Positions 37,727 to 46,920 of a DNA stretch of 64,000 nucleotides are shown here, in pieces. How positions within the stretch are numbered: the stretch's first letter is position 1; each line of letters starts with the position of its first letter. Source of the DNA: Anaerolineae bacterium (GTDB lineage: Bacteria > Chloroflexota > Anaerolineae > UBA1429); NCBI GenBank assembly GCA_963675785.1, contig OY776562.1, positions 1,312,001 through 1,376,000 on the forward strand, read 5' to 3'. A program made the translations under genes and the position numbers. The notes under the pieces are model-generated. The model had not been told where the DNA came from. It was given only the letters and a program-made list of their open reading frames with translations, and made no database searches.

Positions 37727-39345
37727 TCAATCCCCTCGAATCTGTACATAAGCGGCGCCTCAAAACCCTCATCATTTACGAAAGCAACAGTCCCAAGATC
37801 TGCCCAGTTCCAAAGCCATTCGGCATTCTCATCGGCACTCACAATGCAGCCGTATGAATGGGCCTGGCCCACATACTGTGCCCAATCGACAGCACCGTTG
37901 GAAAGCCGCGGGAGAGCGTGAAAGCCATTCTCAGTGCCACCGGCCCAATAAAGCCCCAGCCACTTGGGCATCCAAATATTCCAGGTTGAGCCATATGCTT
38001 CTTCCATCTTGCTCTGTAGCGGATAGCGCCCAGCATTGGTGGGCGCAGAAGCTCGCCCAATCATAACCGACCACTCTTTGACAACAACATCATCCTCATA
38101 GACTTTGACCCAGAAATCGGCTAATGAAACCACGATCCGCGTAGAAGGGCAATAGGCATCGCGCACCGCAACGATGGCTGCCTGCACATCCGGATCGTCA
38201 GGGCAAACCTCGGCCAATTCCAGCACAGCATCTATAGCCACTTCCCAATCTTCGGCGTCGACGTTAGGATCGTCGCTCCAATCCGCTACAATGTTGGCAT
38301 AAGAATCGCATAGCATTGTAATAGTGTCTTTGTAATCACTATGCAGTTTTTCTACGCGCGTGAGCTTTTCAATGACAGTCTCCGAGTCATTCACCCAGTA
38401 GGCTTCAACACCCTCCATGTACAATTCGTGTACCCGGCGTACGTCCTGAACGCCTAAATGGTTCCCATCCAGGCGTACTGCCTCGTCCAACAACAGGTTG
38501 GCATCACTCAACTGGTTTTCGTCAATAAGCTCAAGGGCCTTTTCATAATAAGCATTGGCCAGTGCAGTACAAGCCTCATTATCATAGGGGGCAATCTCGC
38601 GAATCGCTTCAAGGGATGTGATGGCCGAATCCCAATCCGCCACCGTAATGCCCACATTCGCTCTGATCCAGAGATCCGCCGTCAGTTCATCAGTAGTAGG
38701 AGTAGGCGTTAGGTTGGGATCTTGCGTGGGTAACACTTCGGCCAGAGCAAAGGCGTAGCTCTGTCGATACGCCGAAAAACCCAACATCACGCCAGCGACA
38801 ACTATAACCACTGTGATAAAGGAAATAACTGGTGTGGCAATCTTGTCGAGACGTTCTCTCGTAAGCCATACATGCCACAAGCGGTGCCAAAAAGCGGCAA
38901 AACCAGCGCCGGCTTTTGCCAGCCAGCGGCCCAATGTGGTAGCGCTGCCCTGTGTAACCAGCCAGGCACGTTTTGCCCCACCACTCAAGGCTTCACGGCG
39001 TTCCTTGCGGCGCATCTGCGCAGCTTCAACTTCAAGTTCTTCACGCGTCTGGCCGCCTTGAGCAATCCGCTGTTCTTCAGCCCAACGCAATGCTTCGGCA
39101 ATACGGGGACTGTCGCGCAGCATGGTTTGCCCTTCGGTCAACAGCCGCACCGCCTCAGTGGGCGTTTCAGCACAATAAGCCAGCCAAAGCCAAGCCTCCT
39201 CACAGTCGGGGCATGTCTGAATCACACGGCGGAAAACCTCTGCCGCTTTTTGCGTGTCACCACCCTTGGCCAAAGAAACGCCTTCAGTGAGGTGGGACTC
39301 GATCAAATAGCGCATCCGAATCTCTTCTTGCCCGCTCGAAGCCAT
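37723..39345 (-). CDS. TPR + L,D-transpeptidase (YkuD) membrane protein
   Basis: N-terminal TPR (EEAWLWLA), one TM helix, C-terminal GFHALP...SYGC motif. Confidence 0.85.
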   Translation of the reverse strand: MASSGQEEIRMRYLIESHLTEGVSLAKGGDTQKAAEVFRRVIQTCPDCEEAWLWLAYCAETPTEAVRLLTEGQTMLRDSPRIAEALRWAEEQRIAQGGQTREELEVEAAQMRRKERREALSGGAKRAWLVTQGSATTLGRWLAKAGAGFAAFWHRLWHVWLTRERLDKIATPVISFITVVIVVAGVMLGFSAYRQSYAFALAEVLPTQDPNLTPTPTTDELTADLWIRANVGITVADWDSAITSLEAIREIAPYDNEACTALANAYYEKALELIDENQLSDANLLLDEAVRLDGNHLGVQDVRRVHELYMEGVEAYWVNDSETVIEKLTRVEKLHSDYKDTITMLCDSYANIVADWSDDPNVDAEDWEVAIDAVLELAEVCPDDPDVQAAIVAVRDAYCPSTRIVVSLADFWVKVYEDDVVVKEWSVMIGRASAPTNAGRYPLQSKMEEAYGSTWNIWMPKWLGLYWAGGTENGFHALPRLSNGAVDWAQYVGQAHSYGCIVSADENAEWLWNWADLGTVAFVNDEGFEAPLMYRFEGIE

Positions 39346-39997
39346 AGGAGATCTCCTTCTGCAGCGTAAACGCTGGCTCGATTATAGCATTGCACCACAC
39401 ACCCGGCAATAGCACCATGCCCGAAGCAGCCTGACTGAAGCGGCTAGAATATTGCTCAAAGTAGATTGCAAGTTTTCTTACCTAAAATGTAGTATAACGT
39501 TATTATCAGAATAAATAATGATAAAATATATAAATGCATATGATTGAATAAAGGAGTAAATTTCAAAGAATTGACAGTATTATCATCCGGATGCGCAAAG
39601 CTTGGTCAGTTACCCCAGCAAGCCAGAGCCCTTGGGAAAAACAGCTTTAGGCAACCAATGCGCTGACACATATAGAAGTATCTGTACACCGAAATATGCA
39701 AAATTCAGTAATCAAACAATCGAAAATCATGTTCGATTGTTCAACGATAGAAATCATGCTATATCACTAATAAATGATTAACATGACATCTAGAAATGAT
39801 TTTAATAGATTCATAACCTCGACACATAATGAAATAGACATCTGAAGAGAACCTACCTGGCTGAAATCAGAGTGAATAATCACTTTTATTTGGTGACAAC
39901 CCTGCAACATCGATGATCTAGACTCATTGTTAAAGCCATATGATGATCACTCTGCACAAACAAATCTGTTTAACCGTGGTTGAATCGAGAAGGTGCG

Positions 39998-40717
39998 ATG
40001 AATCCATCAGAGAAAAAAGCGGAACGCATCCTGCAAATCGAGCAATTGCTGCTGGCTTACCCCGAAGGACTCACTCAAGCGGAAATCGCCCGCCGCCTCA
40101 ACGTAGATCGTTCCACGATCAGTCGATATCTAGTTTCAATGCCTGCCCATATTTACATTGACGATCTAAACGGTAACCGCTGGAAAGTGGATAGAGAATC
40201 CTACCTGATCCATGTGCGCTTTACCCTCAATGAGGCACTGGCCATACACCTGGCTACACGCTTGCTAGCTACGCGGATGGAACGCCAGAATCCTCATGCT
40301 GCTTCTGGGCTGCGCAAACTGGCTGGTTCCTTGACTCTCCTAGCGCCGCGAATTAGTCAACACATGCAGCGTTCAGCAGACGTTATGGATGACCCCGGGC
40401 AACTCCAAGACCCAAATTTCTTGCGCACCTTGGAGGTTCTCACTCTGGCCTGGGCAGAGGGGCGCAAAACACAGGTTTGGCATCGTAGCGATGATGGTCA
40501 AGTCAGCGAATCTGTTTTTTCTCCCTATTTCATCGAACCGTACGCGGTCGGCCAGGCGGTGCATGTCATTGGCTGGCGAGAACCGCCTGAAGCCATTCGC
40601 ACCCCACACGGGGTGCGTGGATTGAAACCTCAACCGATCGTGCTACCGGCACTCACCTTTTATCGCACTCCACACAGGTATCCTGTGAGCAGACGGATGT
40701 CACCCAGTTCAGACTGA
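39998..40717 (+). pseudogene. HTH + WYL-domain transcriptional regulator, truncated by fusion to a CRISPR repeat
   Basis: LTQAEIARRLNVDRSTISRYL HTH; PYFIEPY..G.A.HVIG WYL core; after AIRT the frame runs into repeat-derived PHGVRGLK. Confidence 0.8.
40596..40694 (+). CRISPR. Type I-C-like CRISPR remnant: one repeat, one 33-nt spacer, one degenerate terminal repeat
   Basis: TTCGCACCCCACACGGGGTGCGTGGATTGAAAC (40596-40628); spacer 40629-40661; ATCGCACTCCACACAGG... from 40662. Confidence 0.82.
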
Positions 40718-41031
40718 GAATCCACTTTTTCCCCTGTGACGCAATGCAAAAAAGCCAGTGCCAAACGTCCCTAAAAATGTGTGGCAGAAGTCGTGAGTTT
40801 AGGTTCCTTGTGATTACTCGCCTGTATCTGTATCAAGATTGTTAACAGTTCATAGCTGTACTTGTGTCGTTAATATTATGTTTAGGGCTACTAGAAATAT
40901 AGGCCTAGTCATGAATAGGCACAGCATTCGGTGGTTCGATACGTTCGCTAAAATACATTCTTGCTTGCGGCACCCCTGCGAATTGTGCTAGTGTGGCGGC
41001 ATAAACGTGATACGAGGAGTGATAAATACGG

Positions 41032-41553
41032 ATGGTAGAAACAGATCGATTGATATTGCGCCCATTGCTGGCCGAGGAACTGGAGCTGATTGCAGCAGAT
41101 CCGCAGCAGCTGACGCGAAAAGCAGGCTTGACCGTCGAACCAGATTTGGCCGAAGAACCGGTGCCCCAAGCTATAGAATCCATGTTGGTTGGCTTGCGTG
41201 CTGCAGACGAGATCGATCGGCCCTGGCAGACTTTTTGGCTAATGCAGCTCAAACCTGATGGTCACGGCGTGGGTATGTTGGGGTTCAAAGGAGTGCCCAA
41301 CGAGAAAGGCGAAACAGAAGTGGGGTATGGCACTACTTTCGCCTATCGTGGAAAGGGCCTGATGAGTGAAGCGTTGGTGGGTTTGCTGGGTTGGGCTTTT
41401 GCCAGTGGGCGCTGCCAGGCAGTGACGGCCGAGACTCTGCCAGAGAACGGGGCATCTCAGCGGGTGTTAAGCAAGGCGGGCTTTGTGCGCGTGCCGGAAC
41501 ACACAGGCGAATGCTGGCTGTGGCGTTTGGAACGAGAGACATGGCGAGCGTGA
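41032..41553 (+). CDS. GNAT (RimJ/RimL) acetyltransferase
   Basis: ETDRLILRP, EVGYG...YRGKGLMSEA, N.ASQRVL.KAGF. Confidence 0.9.
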   Translation: MVETDRLILRPLLAEELELIAADPQQLTRKAGLTVEPDLAEEPVPQAIESMLVGLRAADEIDRPWQTFWLMQLKPDGHGVGMLGFKGVPNEKGETEVGYGTTFAYRGKGLMSEALVGLLGWAFASGRCQAVTAETLPENGASQRVLSKAGFVRVPEHTGECWLWRLERETWRA

Positions 41554-41554
41554 T

Positions 41555-41604
41555 GTTGATTTCCCCACTCCGTTTGGGCCGCAAATGAAGACGAGTTTTT
41601 TCAT
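41555..41604 (-). pseudogene. 5' remnant of a P-loop kinase/AAA gene
   Basis: RBS GAGG + MKKLVFICGPNGVGKST Walker A; the frame then runs antisense into the GNAT gene. Confidence 0.6.
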
Positions 41605-41767
41605 CAGGCGTTTCCTCGACATCGCATGAGCAATACACGAGAAACTTGGTTTATGCTTGAGCATTCACGAGTGCAGTTGTGGTCTTATTTTGCGCTGGCT
41701 ATCTTAACATAAAGCTGTTATACTATACATGCATCTTGATGATGCCTTATAGTCGAGGGAGTACACA

Positions 41768-42022
41768 ATGATGATGTACCCACATTGGGGAAATTTCACA
41801 GGTTTTTGGGGCTTGTTGGCCGTTCTACTCGGCCTGTTTTTGACCTTGTTGCTGGTAGCGGCAATCGTTATTTTGATTATCTGGCTGGTACGCAAGGCTA
41901 AGGGAGATTCAGCGACCAGGGCCAATCAGCCTTCTGCAAAAGAACTCTTGGCGCAGCGCTATGCACGCGGCGAGATCAACCATGACGAGTTCATACGCAT
42001 AAAAGACGACTTGGATACCTAG
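41768..42022 (+). CDS. SHOCT domain membrane protein
   Basis: TM helix, then A.ELLAQRYARGEI..DEF. Confidence 0.88.
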   Translation: MMMYPHWGNFTGFWGLLAVLLGLFLTLLLVAAIVILIIWLVRKAKGDSATRANQPSAKELLAQRYARGEINHDEFIRIKDDLDT

Positions 42023-42042
42023 ATCGAAGGTCATTCATTCAA

Positions 42043-42077
42043 CCGCCCGACATATCAAAAGTATGTCGGGCGGCTTT
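42043..42077. terminator. Intrinsic terminator
   Basis: CCGCCCGACATA-tcaaaag-TATGTCGGGCGG-CTTT. Confidence 0.7.
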
Positions 42078-42126
42078 GTTATTGGGCATTGTCTTGATTG
42101 TGTCAAGAAACAGCACTGATCAGGGA

Positions 42127-42218
42127 ATCAAGCGTTACGCCGATCGGAGATCGAGCGTTACGCCGATCGGGGATCAAGCGTTGCGCCGATCGGGGATCAA
42201 GCGTTGCGCCGATCCCAG
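42127..42218. repeat. 4 x 23-bp tandem repeat
   Basis: Consensus ATCAAGCGTTRCGCCGATCGGGG; units start at 42127, 42150, 42173, 42196. Confidence 0.9.
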
Positions 42219-43183
42219 GGATACGTCCAGCCGTGGTACCACTTGCTGGCATAGAGCCTGGTCAAGTCCTCGGCAGAAAGGCGCGGCTCGCCAGAGGCGG
42301 CGGCGTTGGCCTCTACATGGGCGATGCGGCGCATGCCGGGAATCACTGTGCTGACAGCCGGGTGGTCAAGGATGAACTTGAGTGCCAGGGTAGCCATATC
42401 GGGGGCGCGATTGCTGAGCGCCTTTTCCACCTGCAGAATATGGGGTTCGGCCTCTTCCAGGCGTTCGGATGTCATCCAACTGGCGCGCCAGTCGCCATCG
42501 GCGAATTGGTGCCCAGCGCGGAACTTGCCGGTCAGCAGGCCCTCCTCAAAGGGCACGCGCACAATGACGCCCACCCCATGCGCTATGGCTGCGGGCAGTA
42601 GCTTTTCGGAAGGGCGCTGCTCAAAAATATTGTAGATTACTTGCACGGTGTCGATGAGGCCGGATTCTATCAGGGTAACGGGGCCGTAGGGATCCCAGTC
42701 GTTGGCCGAGACGCCAAAGGCGCGGATCTTGCCCTGTTCCTTGAGCTTGTTGGCTGCTTCCAGCCAGGCGTCCTCTTTCACCCAGGGGGGCGTCCAGGCG
42801 TGCAGCTGCTGTACATCCACATAATCCATGCCCAGGTTGCGCAGGCTGGTCTCGGTGCATTCAATGATATAGTCAGTCGGGAAGACGTCCTCGATGGATT
42901 CATCGGATAATGCGGGCCAAAGGCCGGTTTTGGTAGGTACCTTGGTGCTGACGGTGATTTCGCTGCGGTGGCTGCCCAGCGCCTTGCCAATGAGTTCTTC
43001 AGAATGACCGTTACCATAGCCCAGAGCTGTATCAAAATGGGTGATGCCCTTATCAAAAGCCTTCTGCAGGCATTCAATGGCCTCTTGATCGTCGCGGGGG
43101 CCCCATCCTCCGCCAATACTCCACGCTCCAAAGCCGATCTCGCTTACCCGAATCCCAGTTTTCCCCAGGGTACGCTGCTTCAT
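42197..43183 (-). CDS. Aldo/keto reductase
   Basis: RTLGKTG..VSEIGFG.W, FDTA..YG.G.SE, STK, SL..L..DY.D..QLH. Confidence 0.92.
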   Translation of the reverse strand: MKQRTLGKTGIRVSEIGFGAWSIGGGWGPRDDQEAIECLQKAFDKGITHFDTALGYGNGHSEELIGKALGSHRSEITVSTKVPTKTGLWPALSDESIEDVFPTDYIIECTETSLRNLGMDYVDVQQLHAWTPPWVKEDAWLEAANKLKEQGKIRAFGVSANDWDPYGPVTLIESGLIDTVQVIYNIFEQRPSEKLLPAAIAHGVGVIVRVPFEEGLLTGKFRAGHQFADGDWRASWMTSERLEEAEPHILQVEKALSNRAPDMATLALKFILDHPAVSTVIPGMRRIAHVEANAAASGEPRLSAEDLTRLYASKWYHGWTYPWDRRNA

Positions 43184-43504
43184 TCTTATCAACCTCCATG
43201 CTATGCACGCAATCGACGCACAAAAGGAGCGCCGCAGGCGCACTGCCTTTATTGTAACGTGCCCCGGGGGTGTGTCAATGCCGCCAGCACCCGACAAATG
43301 GCTTATTGGGATGGGCGGCGTACCCTTACACAATCGAGCATACATCCGCCATGGATGTTTCTGCCGTATGTGCGCAACAGCTTGATCGAGTTTACCGCTC
43401 AGACTGGCAGAGTATGAGGATGAGAAGGCCAGCATTCACGCACAGAACCTTGTTTATTCTGTTACGTAATGTATATGCGAGTTGGCAGTACAAGGAGACG
43501 TGAA

Positions 43505-44155
43505 ATGACTATAAGAAAGACCCGCCGGGCCTTTTTAATTGGTGGGAGTGTGTTAGCTCTGGGTGCAGCCGGGGGGTTGGTTTGGGGTCTGCATGCACCA
43601 GAGGATTACAACACGAGCTGGGTTCTGGGGGATGCCGAAGGCAAGCGTGTGCTGGTGGCCTACGCCAGCAAGAGTGGTTCGACCATGGAGATTGCCCGCA
43701 GGATTGGCGAAGAGATGGCTCGTGCTGGCTGGACGGCCGATGTAGCCCCTGCTGAGGAAATCGGAACACTGGCAGGCTATGATGCTGTTGTATTGGGCTC
43801 GGGCATTCGCATAGGCAAACCCTACAAGCCAGCGAGAGATTTTGCGGGGCGTTTTGCTGATGTGCTGGCGGCGCTGCCTACAGCGGCTTTTGCCGTCAGC
43901 CTGAGTGCGGCCTCGCCAGATGAAGAAGCGATGGCCGAAGGTCAGCGTTATGCTCAAGACCTGGGTGCCCTTGTTGATGCCAGGCTGACAGCCAGCATGC
44001 CCGGCGTGAACAATCCCGAAACCCTGGCGCCGATCATCAAGATGGCTTTTCAACAGGTTGATGCAAGTGACCCGAGTTTGCCGCCTGCTGGTGATTATCG
44101 CGATTGGGATTTGGTGCAAAGTTGGGCGGCTGCCCTCGCTTTGGGTCTTGCGTGA
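43505..44155 (+). CDS. Flavodoxin-domain (HemG-like) protein with Tat signal
   Basis: TRRAFL twin-arginine signal; LVAYASKSGST, YDAVVLGS, DYRDW. Confidence 0.85.
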   Translation: MTIRKTRRAFLIGGSVLALGAAGGLVWGLHAPEDYNTSWVLGDAEGKRVLVAYASKSGSTMEIARRIGEEMARAGWTADVAPAEEIGTLAGYDAVVLGSGIRIGKPYKPARDFAGRFADVLAALPTAAFAVSLSAASPDEEAMAEGQRYAQDLGALVDARLTASMPGVNNPETLAPIIKMAFQQVDASDPSLPPAGDYRDWDLVQSWAAALALGLA

Positions 44156-44225
44156 TAGGTTGCTAAACAAAGAACCGCCCCGGTCATAAATGATCGGGGC
44201 GGTTGGTGTTTACGGACAGGTAGGG

Positions 44226-44690
44226 CTAGATGAGCTGAAAGCCCTTTTCTTCGATGAGCCATTTACCAAACGACTGGATGCTCAGCATAACAGTGGTAAT
44301 GAAATCATCAAACAGTTCCTTGTGCACACCCAGTTCCAGGTCAATCTGCTCTTCCATGACAATGTCATAGTTACCGCGGCTGGTTGGTGTACTGCGAACA
44401 AAGGCCTTGGGCCAGCGCTTGTTGCGATTGTGTTCGTCGCATAGGACTCTGGCAGTGCTGGCGCTGCGGGGTTCAACTTCTTTATCAAACACGGCACGCA
44501 CATAAAGAATCTCGTGCTTTTGGCCGCCCGCGATCACATTGATCTGATACTTGATGCCCAAATCGCTGTCTGAGAGCAAGAGCACGATATCACCATCGTC
44601 ATCCGTCATGTACTTGAGTTCACGACCCTTGCAATATTCGACGGCCATTCGCTGAATGGTATCGGGGTTGATGTTCACAATGGAGGGCAT
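44226..44690 (-). CDS. YbjN-domain protein
   Basis: Y.TDDDGDI, LCDEHN..KRWPKA. Confidence 0.75.
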   Translation of the reverse strand: MPSIVNINPDTIQRMAVEYCKGRELKYMTDDDGDIVLLLSDSDLGIKYQINVIAGGQKHEILYVRAVFDKEVEPRSASTARVLCDEHNRNKRWPKAFVRSTPTSRGNYDIVMEEQIDLELGVHKELFDDFITTVMLSIQSFGKWLIEEKGFQLI

Positions 44691-44726
44691 GTGTATTCTC
44701 CTTATCCTAAACCAAAGCGAATGGTT

Positions 44727-45167
44727 TTACTTGACCCCGGGGAACTGGTCGGGCAGCCACTCCCAAAACTGAATGCAGGAAGCGATGGTTGTTGTAGTAT
44801 AGCTCTCAAAGAGTTCCTGATGGATTCCCTCGACGAGATCCAGCTCTTGCTCAAGACTAAAGCTAAAGGTATCCTCGCTGGGGGATGTATAGGCTACTGG
44901 CCAGCGCTTTTCTTCGTTCCACTGGTTACAAAGAGCAATGGCCTTGTCGACACGAGCCATATCAAAATCCTTGGTCGAACGACATAGAATCTGGTAGATG
45001 TTACCTTTGCTACCGGTACTGATAAGATGAATAACGAGGTTCAAGTCGGCAAAGGGCAGCACAAGATCACCGTCTTCATCGGTCAAAAAATGCAGATCGT
45101 GATTTCGGCAATAGCGCTGGGCCATCTCGATGACGAGGCCATCGCGATAGAGCTCTACAGCTGGCAT
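44727..45167 (-). CDS. YbjN-domain protein, paralog
   Basis: F.TDEDGDL, LCNQWN..KRWP.A, DL..GIH.ELF. Confidence 0.75.
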   Translation of the reverse strand: MPAVELYRDGLVIEMAQRYCRNHDLHFLTDEDGDLVLPFADLNLVIHLISTGSKGNIYQILCRSTKDFDMARVDKAIALCNQWNEEKRWPVAYTSPSEDTFSFSLEQELDLVEGIHQELFESYTTTTIASCIQFWEWLPDQFPGVK

Positions 45168-45256
45168 GGACGCATCCTTTCACTGCTTATGCAAAATTAT
45201 ACAAGACCAAACACAAGACAAGTATATGCACTCAACTGTATGATGCAAGCGGTATT

Positions 45257-45832
45257 TCACTCATTTTCATCTACATCGAGCTCGTCATTCGGGATTTCTT
45301 TGGACTCTTCTTCTGCTGGCTCACTATCATTATAAGAGGGCTCGATCAGCAATCCGGGCACTTCGGAGCAATTGATAAAAGCATTCGCAGCCACAATCAT
45401 TTCCCAGGCGGTGCCTTCGTCCGGCCCGATGACGGTAACGGCTTTGTTTCGTGACTGCACTCGTTCGACCACAGCGACGAAATCCGAATCACCGGTTACC
45501 AACACCAAGCGATCAAAGATATCATCGCGGGCTGCTTCGGCGATATCCATGGCCATAATCATGTCGATATCGCTCTTGTAGACACCGATGCTGCGTTCAT
45601 GACTGTTTCGCACAACAATGCGGTCAAACCCCAGAAACTTTAGTTTTACTAAAAAACCGCTCCACCTATCGATATAGGTGGGGCGTGCGACATAAATCCA
45701 GGCACCAACCGGTGTACCATATGCCGCGACCAGACTGATAAGTGCTTCATAATCAATATAACGGCTGACATTGCGGGCACAACGGTATACGTTTTCGGAA
45801 TCGATGGCTAGCAGTACACGTTCTTGAGTCAT
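45257..45832 (-). CDS. NYN/LabA (PIN-like) domain protein
   Basis: IDSEN, KSDID..MAMD, LVTGDSDF..VV. Confidence 0.88.
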   Translation of the reverse strand: MTQERVLLAIDSENVYRCARNVSRYIDYEALISLVAAYGTPVGAWIYVARPTYIDRWSGFLVKLKFLGFDRIVVRNSHERSIGVYKSDIDMIMAMDIAEAARDDIFDRLVLVTGDSDFVAVVERVQSRNKAVTVIGPDEGTAWEMIVAANAFINCSEVPGLLIEPSYNDSEPAEEESKEIPNDELDVDENE

Positions 45833-45866
45833 TTAGAACCTTTCCTGGTGGTGTGACGAGCAGAAA

Positions 45867-46658
45867 TCAGCATGGTTCTGCGGCATAGTGCAACAGATGT
45901 TTGCAAAAAATCGGTACGGTATATTCGGCGGATCCTTGTAGCAGGGCGTAAGGTTGACAGGGATAATACCCCTCACCACGAGTTAAGGGTGTGCTCTCCA
46001 GGTTAAACTCGACGATTAGGGCACCCTGTTCATGCGCCCTGGCTGGCAGGTCAGAGGCGGGATAAACATTGGCAGACGTGCCGATGACCAGCATTAAACC
46101 GCAGGCATCCACTGCCTGATGAATCTCTTCCATACAGCGCACGTCTTCGCCAAAGAGCACCATATTGGGTTTGAGTGGATAGTTGCACTTGGGACAGGCG
46201 GGAGCACTTGGCACTGGAAGCAGATATTCGGCTGTAAAAGGGCCAGTGTAGCCGCATTTGAGGCATTGTACGCTGCGGTGGTCGCCGTGTATTTCCAACA
46301 CTCGAAGGCTGCCAGCAATCTGGTGCAGTCCATCCACATTCTGGGTGATGATGGTGGTGGATAAGCCAGCATTTTGCAATTCGGCCAGAGCCAGGTGGGC
46401 AGCGTTGGGGTGCTTATCTCGCAGGTTTTGGGCCAATGCGCGAAACATTTCCCAGCAGAGACTGGGTGAGCGGTAAAAGGTGTCGATGCTGGCATATAGG
46501 TCGGGGTCGAAAACAGACCAGAGACCATCCTTGCTGCGAAAGTCTGGAATGCCGCTTTCCACCGAGATGCCGGCGCCTGTAAGAATGACGATGGGGCCCA
46601 TGTGCAAGTGTAGGGCAGCCAATTGAGCAAGCTCGACTAGCTCAGTAGGTTCATTCAT
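45867..46658 (-). CDS. cobB: NAD-dependent protein deacylase (sirtuin)
   Basis: TGAGISVESGIPDFR, ITQNVDGLH, HG, two CxxC, GTS..VYPA. Confidence 0.9.
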   Translation of the reverse strand: MNEPTELVELAQLAALHLHMGPIVILTGAGISVESGIPDFRSKDGLWSVFDPDLYASIDTFYRSPSLCWEMFRALAQNLRDKHPNAAHLALAELQNAGLSTTIITQNVDGLHQIAGSLRVLEIHGDHRSVQCLKCGYTGPFTAEYLLPVPSAPACPKCNYPLKPNMVLFGEDVRCMEEIHQAVDACGLMLVIGTSANVYPASDLPARAHEQGALIVEFNLESTPLTRGEGYYPCQPYALLQGSAEYTVPIFCKHLLHYAAEPC

Positions 46659-46737
46659 CTGAGGATCACTATATGAAATAATCAACGGGCACATTGTTCG
46701 GCCTTTTATCCTGGATGTCGCAGTGTGCGATAAATGA

Positions 46738-46885
46738 TTGACATCTGCTTTGATCTACATTATTCTATAAAAGAATCTAGGTAATTATTCGAAAGCGTCT
46801 TTTCAAAAGGGACACCGGTGTGCTAAAAAAGCATCTGGTGATGGGATTGTAGACGTCCTCGGGCTAAGCCCGAGGACGTCTTTTT
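46738..46885 (+). ncRNA. Putative stand-alone small transcript (sRNA or 10-codon ORF) with promoter and terminator
   Basis: TTGACA 46738-17 nt-TATTCT 46761; hairpin CACCGG..CTGGTG; terminator AGACGTCCTCGGGC-taa-GCCCGAGGACGTCT-TTTT. Confidence 0.45.
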
Positions 46886-46920
46886 ATTCATCAGACAGCA
46901 CTACTATAACTCGAAATGGA

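Noticed and set aside
39400-39990. AT-rich 600-bp gap as a CRISPR leader or hidden gene
   Set aside because: It lies upstream of the WYL gene rather than next to the repeat and has no convincing ORF; probably divergent promoter DNA.
40373-40633. 86-aa minus-strand ORF beginning MRFQSTHPVWGA
   Set aside because: FQSTHPVWGA is simply the translation of the reverse-complemented CRISPR repeat.
42127-42218. Possible CRISPR array
   Set aside because: The units are contiguous with no unique spacers, so it is a simple tandem repeat.
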